64,000 nt of DNA, taken from assembly GCA_038087875.1 (NCBI GenBank), contig CM076001.1, positions 1,922,001 through 1,986,000 of the forward strand, in the 5' to 3' direction. Positions 35,801 through 47,189 of the stretch are shown here, one piece after another. A program made the position numbers and the translations under genes. The stretch comes from Malacoraja senta. Taxonomy: Eukaryota. The notes under the pieces were generated by a model that saw only the letters and a program-made list of their open reading frames with translations, searched no databases and was not told where the DNA came from. Position 1 is the stretch's first letter. Each line of letters begins with the position of its first letter.

Positions 35801-38800
35801 TTGGTATAGTATGTTCCTTTTCTCGTTTTTTTAGCTGGCGAGCCAAAAGTTTATGCGGTTTATCCCCAAATTCAAAGTGCTCTTGTTTTGTCATTTGAAA
35901 AAGTCTTAAAAGTTTGGCAGATAATAATGTATTTAATTTAAATTTTAAAATTATTATTTTATTATGTTTATCTATTGATGGATCTTTAGCATTATCTATA
36001 TCCATTTGTCTAATAAGTTCTTCTAACTGTCTTTGTTCATTCTTATTCTTTTTATTTTGAAAAGCTTGATATGAAATTATAATACCCCTAATGTATGCTT
36101 TAAAAGATTCCCAAAATAAAGTAGGCGATATATCTGAAGTATCATTTGTTTGAAAAAAGACCTCCATTTGTTCTTTTAAATATATACTCGCTTGTGGATC
36201 TTTTAAAATTTGAGAATTAAATCTCCAGAACGATTTATTCTTAGACAATCCTTCCAGTTTTAAAAAGAAAGTTAGTGGGGAATGGTCTGAAATTGAATTT
36301 GTATGGTATATTGCATTAGATGTTTGGGGGATTAATTTTGTATCCAGCAGAAAGTAGTCTATACGTGAGTATGTCTTATGTACCATTGAGTAAAACGAAT
36401 ATTCCCTGCCAGTTGGATTAACAATTCTCCAAACATCTGCTATATTAGTGTTATTTATATAGGTATTGAGGAGTTCCCCAGTTTTCGATTTCATATTCCC
36501 TCTCTGTTTTGGACTTGATTTATCTAAGTACGGGTCTAAAACACAGTTAAAGTCTGCTCCTATTATAACATTTTGATAGTTTGACTCTGCAATTATGTTG
36601 AAAATGTTATTGAAAAAGTGGGGGTTATCAAAGTTAGGGGCATATATATTTACCAAAGTAAGTGGAGTGTCATGGATTTCTCCATTAACTATTAGGTATC
36701 TCCCTTCTATATCTGTTATAATATTCTTTGCTTTAAATGGTATACCTTTTCTTATGATGATTGACGTGCCTCTAGATTTTGAAGTAAATGAAGAATGGTA
36801 TGTTTGACCTATCCATTTCGCCCTCAGACTAACTTGGTCCTGAGGTTTTAGGTGTGTTTCTTGTAGGAAGGTAATGTCAGAGTTGTACAGTTTCAGCTGA
36901 GCTAGTATCTTACCCCTTTTAATAGGTTCGTTAATACCTCTTATATTCCAACTACAAAATGAGATTCCTCCTAGGTTCTTTTGTGTGGTGTCATGCATTT
37001 TGAATAATTATAGTACCTTTGAATCTTGTGGTGCGTCCATATCCCAGGTCTTTAGGTATTGGCGGAGTTTTTGAATTATTAAATTTTGCTGGTATGTCCA
37101 TTTTACGCTTATCACTAAACACAAAACACAAACAAGTGGTTTTATGTGGTAAAAAAAACTAAAAAAGTGAGGCTACAGTGTCTAATATAGTCGGCACTGT
37201 AGCGAGTGTCCCACCTGTAGGTGGGAAAAAACCTTGTTTTGATTTCCATTGCGTTGTTACACAAATAGCTCCGCTCTCTTAGTTAATCATAGCATATTAA
37301 AATATTAAAACGAGGCCTCACATTCAGATATATAATACAATTTTACCCTGATATTTCCTTATAACATATATATATATCGGAGTTTAATTATTAAACCAAT
37401 ATTTTTGACTTCAATAAGAATCAACTGTTGGTTGAAGGGGTTAACGAGACGTGCCCCTGGACATAAGCCAGGTGCTCGTTTCTCATCCCCTCCTCCCACT
37501 TATAGATAAGGTTACAATTTATTAAAAATTCATATTAGTATGTTAGTTCATTATTTTTTCTTTTTGTTTTTGTTAGTATTCTAATCTAACCTACATAACT
37601 TGTTAAGTTGTTAATAGGATAATTTCTTACAATTGGTTATAATATTTTAATCAATAAGCAATTTTCTGGTTTATATTCCAACTGTTCAGTTGTTTACACG
37701 TTTTGAACAGAAAATGTCCTTGATTCAACATTCCAAAGATAACAGTGTAACTATCCCCAGACAAAGCATTGCTTAGACTGGTACAGATCTGCCAAAACTC
37801 CCTTTCATTTCTGTTTTTCAACGATAGTTTGGGCATATTTGAATGCGTCTTCAGGCTTAACAAATGACTTTTCAAGACCATTAAAGAAAATACGCATTTT
37901 CGCGGGGTAAAAAACCCCAAATCTGATCCCTTCTCTCCCTCTTAAAAGATCATTAACCTTATCAAATTTGTTTCTTTTTTGCACAATTTCATACGGGTAG
38001 TCCCTGAATATCTTAATAGTGTCCTTGTCCATCCGCAGTTGTACACCGTATTTGATTTTGCTCATAACATATTCCAGTTCTACAGTATCCCGAAATTTCA
38101 CAATAATATGTCGTGGATAAGCTTTTCCCGCACCAGATCTTTGTTTAAATCTTGGGACACGATGAGCCACTTCGATTTTCGGTTCCTTGGAAAGATTCAA
38201 CAGTTGTTTCAACATCTTATCCATTTTCTCTGATAGTCCATCTTTCACCTCATCAATTCGTTTATTCATAATGTCCAGTAAATCCATCATATTCTTCTGG
38301 TTACCAGCGTTTAAACCCTTCATCATCTTCTCCATTCCTTCCATCATTTTTGCCGTATTTTCCCTCATTTCCTTCTTATCTTCCATCCTATTTTCCTTCA
38401 TTTCCTTCTTATCTTCCTTCGTATTATCCGAAATCTCATCTTTCAAATTTTTCATTGATTTCTTCAAGTCATCAAAGTCTTTCTTAGATCTTGTATCCAT
38501 TTCTGCAGCCACTTCGGAGACTTCAGAGGTAACTTCAGAAGTAACTTCTGCTTCAGACTTATTCTGGTCTTTCAGCAGCTTTTTCACTGCTCTCTGAGGG
38601 CTCACAGCTGGAGACAGTTTACTCCTTTAAATGGCTTCAAACCACCGTTTAAAACATCGCGTTTAACGATGACGTCATCAGCGCGATGACCAGAAGCTCC
38701 GGTAAGGTTTTTAAAAACAATCCCGATTTCTGGACCCGTTGTACAGGATAAATCGTGAAGTTTTTCGGGAGAGGAGCTAGGTGCACGTCTGTTAGTCTAA

Positions 38801-40507
38801 CATGACGCCACATGTCGGTTCAATATTATTATTACCCAATCCTGGCATCAATTGGTGTACCCGGTATGTCACTTGACGGCTGTATGTGGGATAACCGTGA
38901 CGGCAATTGCTTGGGAAGCGGTAATGTTGAGAATAAAGTGAAAATAGTGCGGCAAAATTTGCTAAATGCTCGGCTGCATCCACGGAAGGTTTGGGGTATA
39001 ACCAGAAGATAATGTAGTTAGTGTATGGTTTTAATATATTTCACCGTTTGCCGTTTACTGGGACTGGTATAGAATGATTATTGCAATATTGTTAAGTGAA
39101 GTAACAGCCAAAGTAGGTTGAGCGACAAAGGCTGTATGTGCTTATACCTCGGGCGATTGCATTTCCCGCATCTATTATTGATTCCATATGTCGTCCCTTT
39201 TAACGGCTTTAAATTTCGTTAATTTTCATTGTGGACTTTCTTCAACGACCACCGCATCGCATGCAGGTAATTTCCACTGTACACCGCCCCTGCAAATGTT
39301 GCAAACCCATAAGCAAATGCTGATCCGAAAGGTGCACCCGATTAACACTAACTTCAGTCGTGTTATTCACTCTACACTTCCGTTCAAACTGTTTCTCAGT
39401 TGATTAATTGACTGTTAGATGGAATGTTTGTTCGTGAGCACAGGATCAGGTATTCAAACCAAAGGAAATATCTGTCCATGCCGTCCTTTTAGCAAGGTTA
39501 GGAAATTAAAGCAACTTAACAATATGTACCCACCATCATTCAACTCGAAGTTCTTCCGTCCATATATTCACCATTGCTTCTTTCTTACTCCCCTAGTGAA
39601 TCTACTGGCCATTGTGGTCCTGACCCGAGGAAAGTGCGGTCTCTCCAAATGCATCACCTGTTACCTGGTGGCTATGGCGACGGCGGACCTCTCCGTGATT
39701 GTCTTCGAAGTGATTTTAAATCAAATTGCCGTTCTTTATTGGCAGAACACAATCCTGTTCTTTACTCCTGTGTGCAGGTGTATTCTGTTCCTGTCCGCCG
39801 CGGCCGTAGACTGTTCCGTTTGGTTCACGGTGGCTTTCACATTTGATAGGTTCGTGGCCATCTCCAACCAGAATCTGAGATCCAGATACTGCACCGACAG
39901 AAACGCGGCGGTGATTATTGTGACCCTATGTATCTTCTTCTGTATACAGAACGCTCCCTGGCCTTTCGCTTATAATTCTTTCCACAAGTATAATGGTTTA
40001 CTGTGGGGCTGCGGAATCCGATCGGACTTCTATGTCCTGCCATCATGGATCGCATTTTCTTGGACCGAGCCGCTGTTGACCCCAGTGATTCCGTTCTGTT
40101 TGATCGTGTTGTTTAATGCGCACACGGCGAGATGTATTGTAATGGCCAATCGGGTCCGCAGGAGGCTCCGCGATCTCAGTCGTGGAGACCCGGAGACGGA
40201 AAGCCGTAAACGGTCCATAATATTACTCTTTGCAATCTCCAGCAGCTTTATCCTGCTCTGGGTCACAACTGTATCTCATTTTGTGTTCTCTCGATGTGTC
40301 AACGGAATGTGGGTGAGAGGTTTCACTAACACATTATCAACATTCGAAAAAACGGGAGTTCTGCTGCAGCTGTTGAACACCTGTACAAATACACTAATTT
40401 ACACCGTCACCCAGGAGAAGTTCAGAGAGCAGCTCCTTCACGCACTTCAATGCCCCGTCGCGCTAATTAGAAAGTTAGTTAAACTTCCCAAACCCTGTTC
40501 AAAATGA
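32428..40507 (+). CDS. GPR139/142-like class A GPCR, paralogue 2; exon 1A 32428-32545 joined to exon 2 39597-40507 (342 aa); the intron contains a full-length L1
   Basis: Exon 1 MTSVSFLLNFRGRFEGEMGRMHMSVQYYYYPILASIGVP G|gtatgc; acceptor cccctag|TG AAT. Seven-TM pattern with FTFDRFVAI and CTNTLIY. Exon sizes are identical to paralogue 3. Confidence 0.8.
33207..36998 (-). CDS. L1 ORF2p, uninterrupted, 1263 aa
   Basis: SWNIRG, LQETHL, SDHSP, QGCSLSP, LYADD and CDKC...HSFVFC motifs in a single ORF. Confidence 0.95.
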   Translation of the reverse strand: MHDTTQKNLGGISFCSWNIRGINEPIKRGKILAQLKLYNSDITFLQETHLKPQDQVSLRAKWIGQTYHSSFTSKSRGTSIIIRKGIPFKAKNIITDIEGRYLIVNGEIHDTPLTLVNIYAPNFDNPHFFNNIFNIIAESNYQNVIIGADFNCVLDPYLDKSSPKQRGNMKSKTGELLNTYINNTNIADVWRIVNPTGREYSFYSMVHKTYSRIDYFLLDTKLIPQTSNAIYHTNSISDHSPLTFFLKLEGLSKNKSFWRFNSQILKDPQASIYLKEQMEVFFQTNDTSDISPTLFWESFKAYIRGIIISYQAFQNKKNKNEQRQLEELIRQMDIDNAKDPSIDKHNKIIILKFKLNTLLSAKLLRLFQMTKQEHFEFGDKPHKLLARQLKKREKEHTIPKIKSDKGELLTTPKDINKRFAQFYENLYTSKTIIDSDNITKFLDTCNLPKLELKEQEELGAQISIKELEDTINSLKNGKTPGPDGFTNEFYKSFYDKLIPRLQKMYQYAFKKRILPDTLAESTITLIPKKNKDLEEPGSYRAIALLNTDQKILAKTLARRLSKYISKLINPDQTGFIPKRYSSNNMRRLLNIMHSHKSEDQGLSIISLDAEKAFDQVEWNYMDKVLQKFQLGENFILWIKLLYNKPTARILTNNILSSKFQLSRGNRQGCSLSPQLFALIIEPLAEKIRIHPDIHGYNTKDSYNKISLYADDILLYITKPQITIPNILNLIEDFGSFSGYRINWNKSEIMSIKPKDSTHLLKFPFKIATEKFKYLGVEITRTYQGMFRANFDPLLYKLNTLIKFWKTLPMSLIGRINAIKMIFLPQILYLFQSIPIYLPKKFFKKLDSDITNFIWDYKSHGIQKTHLNKPKVLGGLALPNFMYYYWSVNIKNMIQLMDNSAQQVDWIVMEKEDCSSRNIGAILLSPMKLNNINYNKNPIIHSTIRIWKQIKQNLKLRNLSLLLPIVNNPSFSPSIIDKAYTQWDRLGIKTLGDLYETGKLLSFQQLQIKYKLGNNQYFKYFQICDYLKKYTKDHYNNPVDVLDEAMQIKAESANLISYLYNIILNVQIPPTEGIRRDWEQELAIKISKESWNEYLLNVHKCSINVRHTLIQFKILHRLYYSKTKIHKIFPNVSSICDKCQSQEATIAHSFVFCTKIQKFWNEIFEIFTKLFKTRLIPKAEWIIFGITEDDPELNVFQKKLMDYGLITGKKLILKFWKKAPIPTINMWISIMFETLQLEEIRLLLAGKPDHFHLTWSAFIELLQT
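37805..38605 (-). pseudogene. L1 ORF1, apparently internally deleted in frame (266 aa)
   Basis: Has VAHRV, RHIIVKF, IFRDY and VFYPAKMRI but lacks the LE.R.RR.NLRI.G block present in the other ORF1; the ORF opens on GTG. Confidence 0.7.
38812..38863 (+). CDS. Duplicated, 5'-truncated GPCR exon 1 (exon 1B) abutting the L1 5' end
   Basis: ATG TCG GTT CAA TAT...GTA CCC G|gtatgt encodes MSVQYYYYPILASIGVP, in frame with exon 2 at 39597. Confidence 0.75.
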
Positions 40508-40589
40508 CACCAGGCAACAAGTCTGTCCGAGTGTGACTTCATGGATCTCTGTTGAAGAGGGAGCATTGAACGAAAATCACACCTATCTT

Positions 40590-40740
40590 TCATAGAAACA
40601 TAGAAATTAGGCGCAGGAGTAGGCCATTCGGCCCTTCGAGCCTGCACCGCCATTCAATATGATCATGGCTGATCATCCAACTCAGTATCCCGTACCTGCC
40701 TTCTCTCCATACCCTCTGATCCCTTTAGCCACAAGGGCCA
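40590..40740 (-). mobile_element. CR1 3'UTR stub
   Basis: catagaaacatagaaa tail plus a 3'UTR nearly identical to 25270-25420. Confidence 0.85.
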
Positions 40741-41752
40741 AAACGTTTCAAAAAATGCCACTCATAGTCGGCTAAAACATGAATATCCCCCATACGTGAC
40801 GGTGTACAGGCGTTTCGGCGCCCCCACCGCTCCGCAGACACAAGCCACTGCCCTTTAAAATGAACACCGCCCGTTTCCATATTCCTCTAGGGCGGTCGTC
40901 GGGAACCCGATGTTAACTTTTACTGGAGCGGGCGTCCAGTATCTCCAATTGAAAAATTCCGCGACATCCCTGATTTCCTTTCAATCCAGCGGCCAGCCCA
41001 TTAGGCTCTAAATGCCCAAAGCTCTCAGTTCCCGATACGTTCCACGTCCTTCTCATTTTAGTTCTTCGAAGCACTCATGTGGGTGCCCAAGTCACAAATG
41101 TCTTGATGACATTAAAGTAGAGTGCGTCTCCCACATTCCAGCTGCTGCATTTAGCTAAACGGGAGCTTCATTGTATTCTTAGTGCTCCCTTTCAACAGAA
41201 CCTGTTATTCCCATTTAGAGGCGTTTGGGGATTACATTAAACTAGTTATACACGAATGGATGCTGTCTGGTTATATAACTCATTCTTCAAATATTTTACA
41301 ATATTACACGTCAAATCTGAGCATTCAAATTCAGGAACAAAATGTGGAGCCTCACGACTTTCACATAACACCTGTGAGATATTGCCAATCTTTTGCCAGT
41401 GACACAGGGCGAGTTCTCTTCCAAGAGTCAAGAGTGTTTTATAATCCTCTGTTCGAAAACGGAGCAATGAAAAACGTACTCGCAGCACCACAACAGCTAA
41501 GTAAATATTGCACTCTGCAAAAATCACAATATGAAACAATCCCGCCGCCCCCCCCCCTCCACCATCCCCCAAAACAAACTGTTCTAGTGAGTAATTGAGT
41601 TATATTGTAGTGTAACTCAATTCCAGCTTCATTATCAAATGTGCCCCACGAGATGCCGATTTACATTCAACCGTGACTTCGGGAAGGAAGTGGCCTCTAT
41701 CGCAGAAATTTTTCCAGATTAATCGTTCGTTCGTTTTCACACGGAAGGGGAA

Positions 41753-42413
41753 GGGGGCGCTGCTCTGGGCAGCAGCCATGTCAGCAGCCCGTCAGTTTTT
41801 TCAACTTTTTTTTAATTTTTTAGTATGTTTTAAAGTATGTATTTTGTGTATCTTTGTGTGTCTTGTGTGGGGGGGGGTGGTGTGGGGTGGGGGGTAAGGG
41901 GGAAACCGCTTCGGTCGCCTCCTCCATGGAGAGGCGACTTTTTCCAGGTCGCCTCCCCCGTGGCCTAACATCAAGGATCGGCGCGGCCTTTCCCGGAGAC
42001 GCGCCCGGGGCTTCAGCGGCGGGCGCAGCGTGGACTCTGGGCGTGGAGCGGGTGAGCCCTCGCTGGGGCTCGCTGGAGGGGAGCGCTCCGTTTCGCTAGC
42101 CCGGGGCAGCCGGCAGCCTGAAGTCGCAGCCTGAAGTCGCGGTCTGCAGAGCTCCAGCTGGTGCGGTGTCTACAGCCCGGGATCCCTCGTGGGGGACCCG
42201 GGGGAAGAAGAAGAAGCCATCACGGAGGGGAAATGGAGGAGGATTGGCCAAATTGTTGTGCCTTCCACCACAGTGTTGAATGCTGTGGTGGATGTTTGTG
42301 TTACTTTTTTTTTTAAATTGTAGTTGTGTGTTCTTATTATTGTATCGCTGCTGACAACCCAAAATTCCACCAGCTTGGCTGTGTGGTCAATATAATACTA
42401 TACTATACTACAC
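41753..42413 (+). mobile_element. GC-rich non-autonomous retroelement, internally deleted copy, (TACTA)n tail
   Basis: Near-identical to 45436-46286; absent from the paralogous position near 57300. Confidence 0.75.
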
Positions 42414-43409
42414 TCTATGCAGGGTCCCGTTAAACATCTCGCAGAACTCATATTACATTGCAATTAAAAGCCATAGGGAGGCATATATGACTTTTTCTCC
42501 TGTTATCAATTAAGGACATGTGAAATATTTAAGTTAATGTTTATATGGTGATCAATCTCTTTATCTCAGGAAGTTGCAGACAGTTCCTTGGAAACATGCA
42601 GTGACAGAAGAAAGCGAATTAATGTAAATTATGGAATTTCCCCGGAATCGTTGAATGTTCATTTAAATATCGATTCAAATTGACTTGTTCGATGTTCCCT
42701 TTGACATTAAAGACTGAAGTCTTCTCAATACCAAATATCTAAAATCGCTCTCCGAGTGCTCCTTTCACTATTGTCTTAAAATGAACGGGCGTTTATCAGT
42801 GTTCAGGATTGTATTGGTTGAATACATTTTAAGTGCTGATTGACGTGTAACTATTGGTGTAAATCAGAAGGGAACCCGTTCCGTCGCGTTCATTTGCTGC
42901 TTTGAATCTATAATAGCAATTGAGAGGGGCGAAGGGCTAACACCTGAAATATTGCGACTGCTTCGGGGCTACCTCCTGCACCCACGTAGAACTCCCGTAC
43001 TTCAAAAACGTCACAACTGATTTCCATCCCGCACTCAAATTCACTTGGACCATCTCCGATATCTCCTTACCGTTTCTTAATCTCACCGATTCCATCGTAG
43101 GAGATAGACTATCGACGGACATCCACTATAAACCCAATGACTCCCATATCTATCCAGACGACATTTCTTCTCTCCCTGCCTCCTGTAAAGACTCTATCCC
43201 CTATTCCCAATTCCACCGTCTATGCCGCATGTGTTCCCAAGATAAAGTGTTCCATACCAGGACATCTGAATTCTTCTCGTTCTTCAGCGACCGGGGTTCA
43301 CCTCTTCCATAAATGAGTCCCTCACTAGCGTCTTCTCGTTATCCCGCAGCTCCTCTCTTGCTTCCCTCCCCCAGGCCCAACAGGGACAATGTCCCGCATT
43401 CCTCACCTT

Positions 43410-43592
43410 TAATAATAATAATAATAATTCATTTTATTTAATGGCGCCTTTCTAAAACCCAAGGACACCTTACAAGGCATAGAATCACAAAAATACAAAA
43501 CGCATAATCGGAATAAATTAAATATAAAAACACCACAGTACACAAATCAAGGACAGAATTCAATTTCAAAAGCACAAAAAGAAAATAAGAAA
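43410..43592 (-). mobile_element. 5'-truncated L2-type tail element
   Basis: Reverse complement of the 20635-20826 tail with (AAT)n; absent in the paralogue (ctcaccttt|caccc near 58757). Confidence 0.75.
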
Positions 43593-43789
43593 CACAATTT
43601 CACCCTATCAGCCATCGCACACAGAACCTAAACCTCCGCCATTTCCGCCACCTCCAGCGGGATCCTACCACGAGCCATATCTTCCAATCTCCAACCGTAT
43701 TCGTATTCCGTAGACAAAATTCCCTCCTAAACTCACTGGTTAACATGTCCTGTCCGTTAATAATGAACCTACGCTGTACTCAATCAATC

Positions 43790-44210
43790 AATCAATCAAT
43801 CAATCAAAAACTTTATTGTCATTTAGAAATACATCGATATATGCAATTCTAAACGAAATTCCGTTGCATTTGGCTCCCCGTGCAACACAAAAATAAACAG
43901 AAGGATAAAATGGATTAAAATATGAAATGGATAGAAAGATAAAATAGATAATGATGGCGGCCCATTTACATGGCATTCAAGAGTCTGATGGCTCGTGGGA
44001 AGAAGCTGTTGCAAAACCTTGACGTTCTGCTCCTTATGCTACGATATCTTTTGCTCGAGGGCAGCAGAGTGAACAGTCCACGATGGAGATGTGTGGGGTC
44101 CTTTATAATACGGCTGGCCTTAGACAAGCAACGTTTGCTCGCAATGTCCCCGATTGAGGGGAGAGAATTCCCGACGATTTTTCAGCCGTTCTCACCACTC
44201 TCTCTCCCTC
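43790..44210 (-). mobile_element. Rex1/Babar LINE 3' fragment with (TTGA)n tail
   Basis: Minus strand GLFTLLPSSKRYRSIRSRTSRFCNSFFPRAIRLLN matches the Rex1 C-terminus. Confidence 0.8.
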
Positions 44211-44631
44211 AATAGCAAGAATGTTGATATCGGCGATACCAAGCGCAGCCTTTTCGATCGGTTCGCTGACAACCGTAGCTCAGTCCGCCTGGACCTGCCA
44301 CATCTCTCTGTTGCCAAATACTTTAATTCCCCTTCCCATTCCCACCCTGACCTTTGGCTCCAACGCCTCCTCCATTATCAGAGCGAGACCAAACACAAAT
44401 TGGAGGAACAGCATCTCATATTTCGCTTGGACAGCTTACAAACCAGTGGTATGAATATTGATTTATCTAACTTCAAGTAACTTCTGCATTCTCTCTCTCT
44501 CTATACCTCCCTTACCTCAGTCTCAGTAGATTCCAAGTCATGTTGTTCAGTCTCTTTGTGCATAACTCGTTCAAACCTTAGGAACAGCTAACAATTACCT
44601 TTCTTCTTTATTATTGTAAGTTTTTTCATAT

Positions 44632-46490
44632 CTTAGAAACATAGAAACATAGAAGAATAGGCGTCCGGAATAAGCGAGTCTGCCCTTCGAGCCAGCACCG
44701 CCATTCAATATGATGAGTGGAGCTGATCTAAAATCAGTACCCCGTGCATGCCTTTTCCCCGTATCCCTTGATTCCTTTTGCTCTGAGAGCAGACTCAAAC
44801 TCTCTCTTGAAAAAAGCGAGTGAATTGGACTCAACTCCATTTAGTGGCAGAGAATTCCACAGATTCACAACTCTACGGTTGAATATATTTTTCCTCATCT
44901 CAGTCCTAAACGGGCTCCCATTATTCTGAAGCTGTAACACCTTATTTTGGACTCCCCCAACATCGGGAACATTTTTCCTGCATCTAGCCTGTCCAATCCA
45001 TTAATTTTTTAATATGTTTCTATAAGATCCCCTCCCATCCTTCTAAATTCCAGTGAATACAAGCCCAGTCGACCAATTCTTTCATCATATGCCAGTCCGG
45101 CCATCCCGGTAATTAACCTACGCTGCATTCCCTCAATAGCAATAATGTCCTTCCTCAAATTAGGAGACAAAAATTGCACACAATACTCCAGGTGCTGTCG
45201 CGCCAGGGCCCCGGACAACTGCAGTAGGACCTTCCTGCTGCTAAACTCAAATTCTCTCGCAATGAAGGCCAACATGCCATCAGCTTTCTTCACTGCCTGC
45301 TGTACCTACACGCTCACTTCCAGTGACTGATGGATAAGACCTAATCCCTTTTCCTAATGTGACACAAGTCCGATAATAATCTGCCTTCCTGTTCTTGCCA
45401 ATAACCTCACATGTAACCGCATTGTACTGCATCTTAGGGGTAGGGGGCGCTGCTCTGGGCAGCGGCCATGTCAGCAGCGCGTCAGTTTTTCAACTTGTCC
45501 TTATTTTTTAGTATGTTTAAAGTATGTATGGTGTGTTTCTTTGTGTGTCTTGTGTGGGGGTGGTGTGGGGGGTAAGGGGGAAATTGATTCGGTCGCCTCC
45601 TCCATGGAGAGGCGACTTTTTCCAGGTCGCCTACCCCGTGGCCTAACATCAAGGATCGGCGCGGCCTTTCCCGGAGACGCGCCCGGGGCTTCAGCGGCAG
45701 GCGCAGCGTGGACTCTCGGCGTGGAGCGGGTGAGCCCTCGTTGGGGCTCGCTGGAGGGGAGCGCTCCGTTTCGCTGGCCCGTGGCAGCCGGCAGCCTGAA
45801 GTCGCAGCCTGAAGTCGCGGTCTGCAGAGCTCCAGCTGGTGCGGCGTCTACAGCCCGGGATCCCTCGTGGGGGACCCGCGGGAAGAAGAAGAAGCCATCA
45901 CTGCCGGCCCGCGGCTAACTTCTACCGCGGGGTCGGCATGGACTTACCAACACCCCTGCAGGGGAGATTCTACCGCCGGCCCTGCAGTCTACGGTGCTTC
46001 TGGCTGCGGCGGAGACTTTAAATCTCGACAGCCGGCCTGCGGCCTGCAACAACTTAAAGCCGCGGTCTCCGGTGAGGAAGAGCCGATCCTGGACTGACTC
46101 TGGACTCTGGTCCTGTCCACGGAGGGGAAATGGAGGAGGATTGGCCAAATTTGTGTGCCATCCACCACAGTGTTGAATGCTGTGGTGGATGTTTGTGTTA
46201 CATCGCTGTATCGCTGCTGACAACCCAAACATTCCACCAGCTTGGCTGTGTGGTCATTAAAATACAATACAATACAATACAATACAATCTGCCATGCATC
46301 TGCCCACTCACCCAACCTATCCAAGCCAGTCTGCAGCCTCATAGCATCCTCATCGCATCTCACACCACCATCCAGCTGTCATCGGCAAACTTGGAGATGT
46401 CACATTGAATTCCCTCGTCTAAATCGTTAATATTAATTGAAATTAACTGGTGTTCCAGCACCGAGCCGTGCGGCACCCCAGTAGTCACTT
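44632..46490 (-). mobile_element. CR1 3' fragment interrupted at ~45434-46286
   Basis: RQHLEYCVQFLSPNLRKD...GDLIETY; the host resumes gccatgcatctgcccactc at 46291. Its 3' part is paralogous to 59457-59995. Confidence 0.85.
45436..46286 (+). mobile_element. GC-rich non-autonomous retroelement, longer copy, (AATAC)n tail
   Basis: Near-identical to 41753-42413, plus ~220 bp extra at 45902-46119. Confidence 0.75.
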
Positions 46491-46499
46491 CATTACTTT

Positions 46500-46670
46500 C
46501 ACTCGTCTATTGTATATCTACCAACATCACCGTCTGCACATCTCGTTTCCATTTCCCCTGACTATCCAGTCTGAAGAAGGGACTCGACTCGAAACGTCTC
46601 CTATTCCTTTTTTTCCAGAGATGCTGTCTGACCCCCTGAGTTATTGGAAGCTTTTCTGTCTATATTCGAT
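46500..46670 (+). mobile_element. Penelope terminal-repeat fragment with hammerhead-like motif
   Basis: CTGAAGAAGGGACTCGACTCGAAACGTC at 46571-46598. Confidence 0.65.
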
Positions 46671-47189
46671 CCTCAGTATGACATTGGGTTAAACACGAAA
46701 CGCATGGCGACAATGCAGAACACTCCTCGAGACTTCTCATCAGAACCATTATTAACGGCAGTAAAACATCTTTACCCAGTAGTCAAGGCCTCGTGTTAGA
46801 AAGGCCAATGCAACATTCGGCTCTACACGGTTGCGAGCTATTTTCAATGACACGAACATCAATTGCCCTTTGAACTCTAACACTACCAAATTTCTCATCT
46901 AAATGTGTTATTTTTGCGCCATAATGAAAAACGTCGAATTTCCCCCCCAATCCTGCATCGCCAATAATCATCCATTATGTGCGCCGCTGAAGCATCTCAA
47001 CGTCCTTCTCCCGACCAACATACCAACACCTCCGTTGTTTGTGCACATGGACGCTAGATATCGGCCGCGTGGTTGAAACAGCTGGCCCAAAACTCTGATC
47101 TCTGTGACATCTCATCTATCTCACCCTGCCAACTTGTTCCAATTCAGTCAGTGCCATTATTTCCACTCTGACATTCTGCACATAGACGT

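Larger units (their letters stand above)
32778..38808 (-). mobile_element. Full-length L1 LINE with intact ORF2
   Basis: Long poly(A) (T run 32776-32802), ORF2, ~800-bp inter-ORF region, ORF1, and a 5'UTR sharing CTAGCTCC and TGACGTCA with the first full-length L1. Confidence 0.95.
42925..44480 (+). mobile_element. Penelope RT C-terminal and GIY-YIG fragment interrupted by two younger insertions
   Basis: DIHYKPNDSH...IPYSQF and GDTKRSLFDRFA...HKLEEQHLIFRL; paralogous to 58290-59310. Confidence 0.8.
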
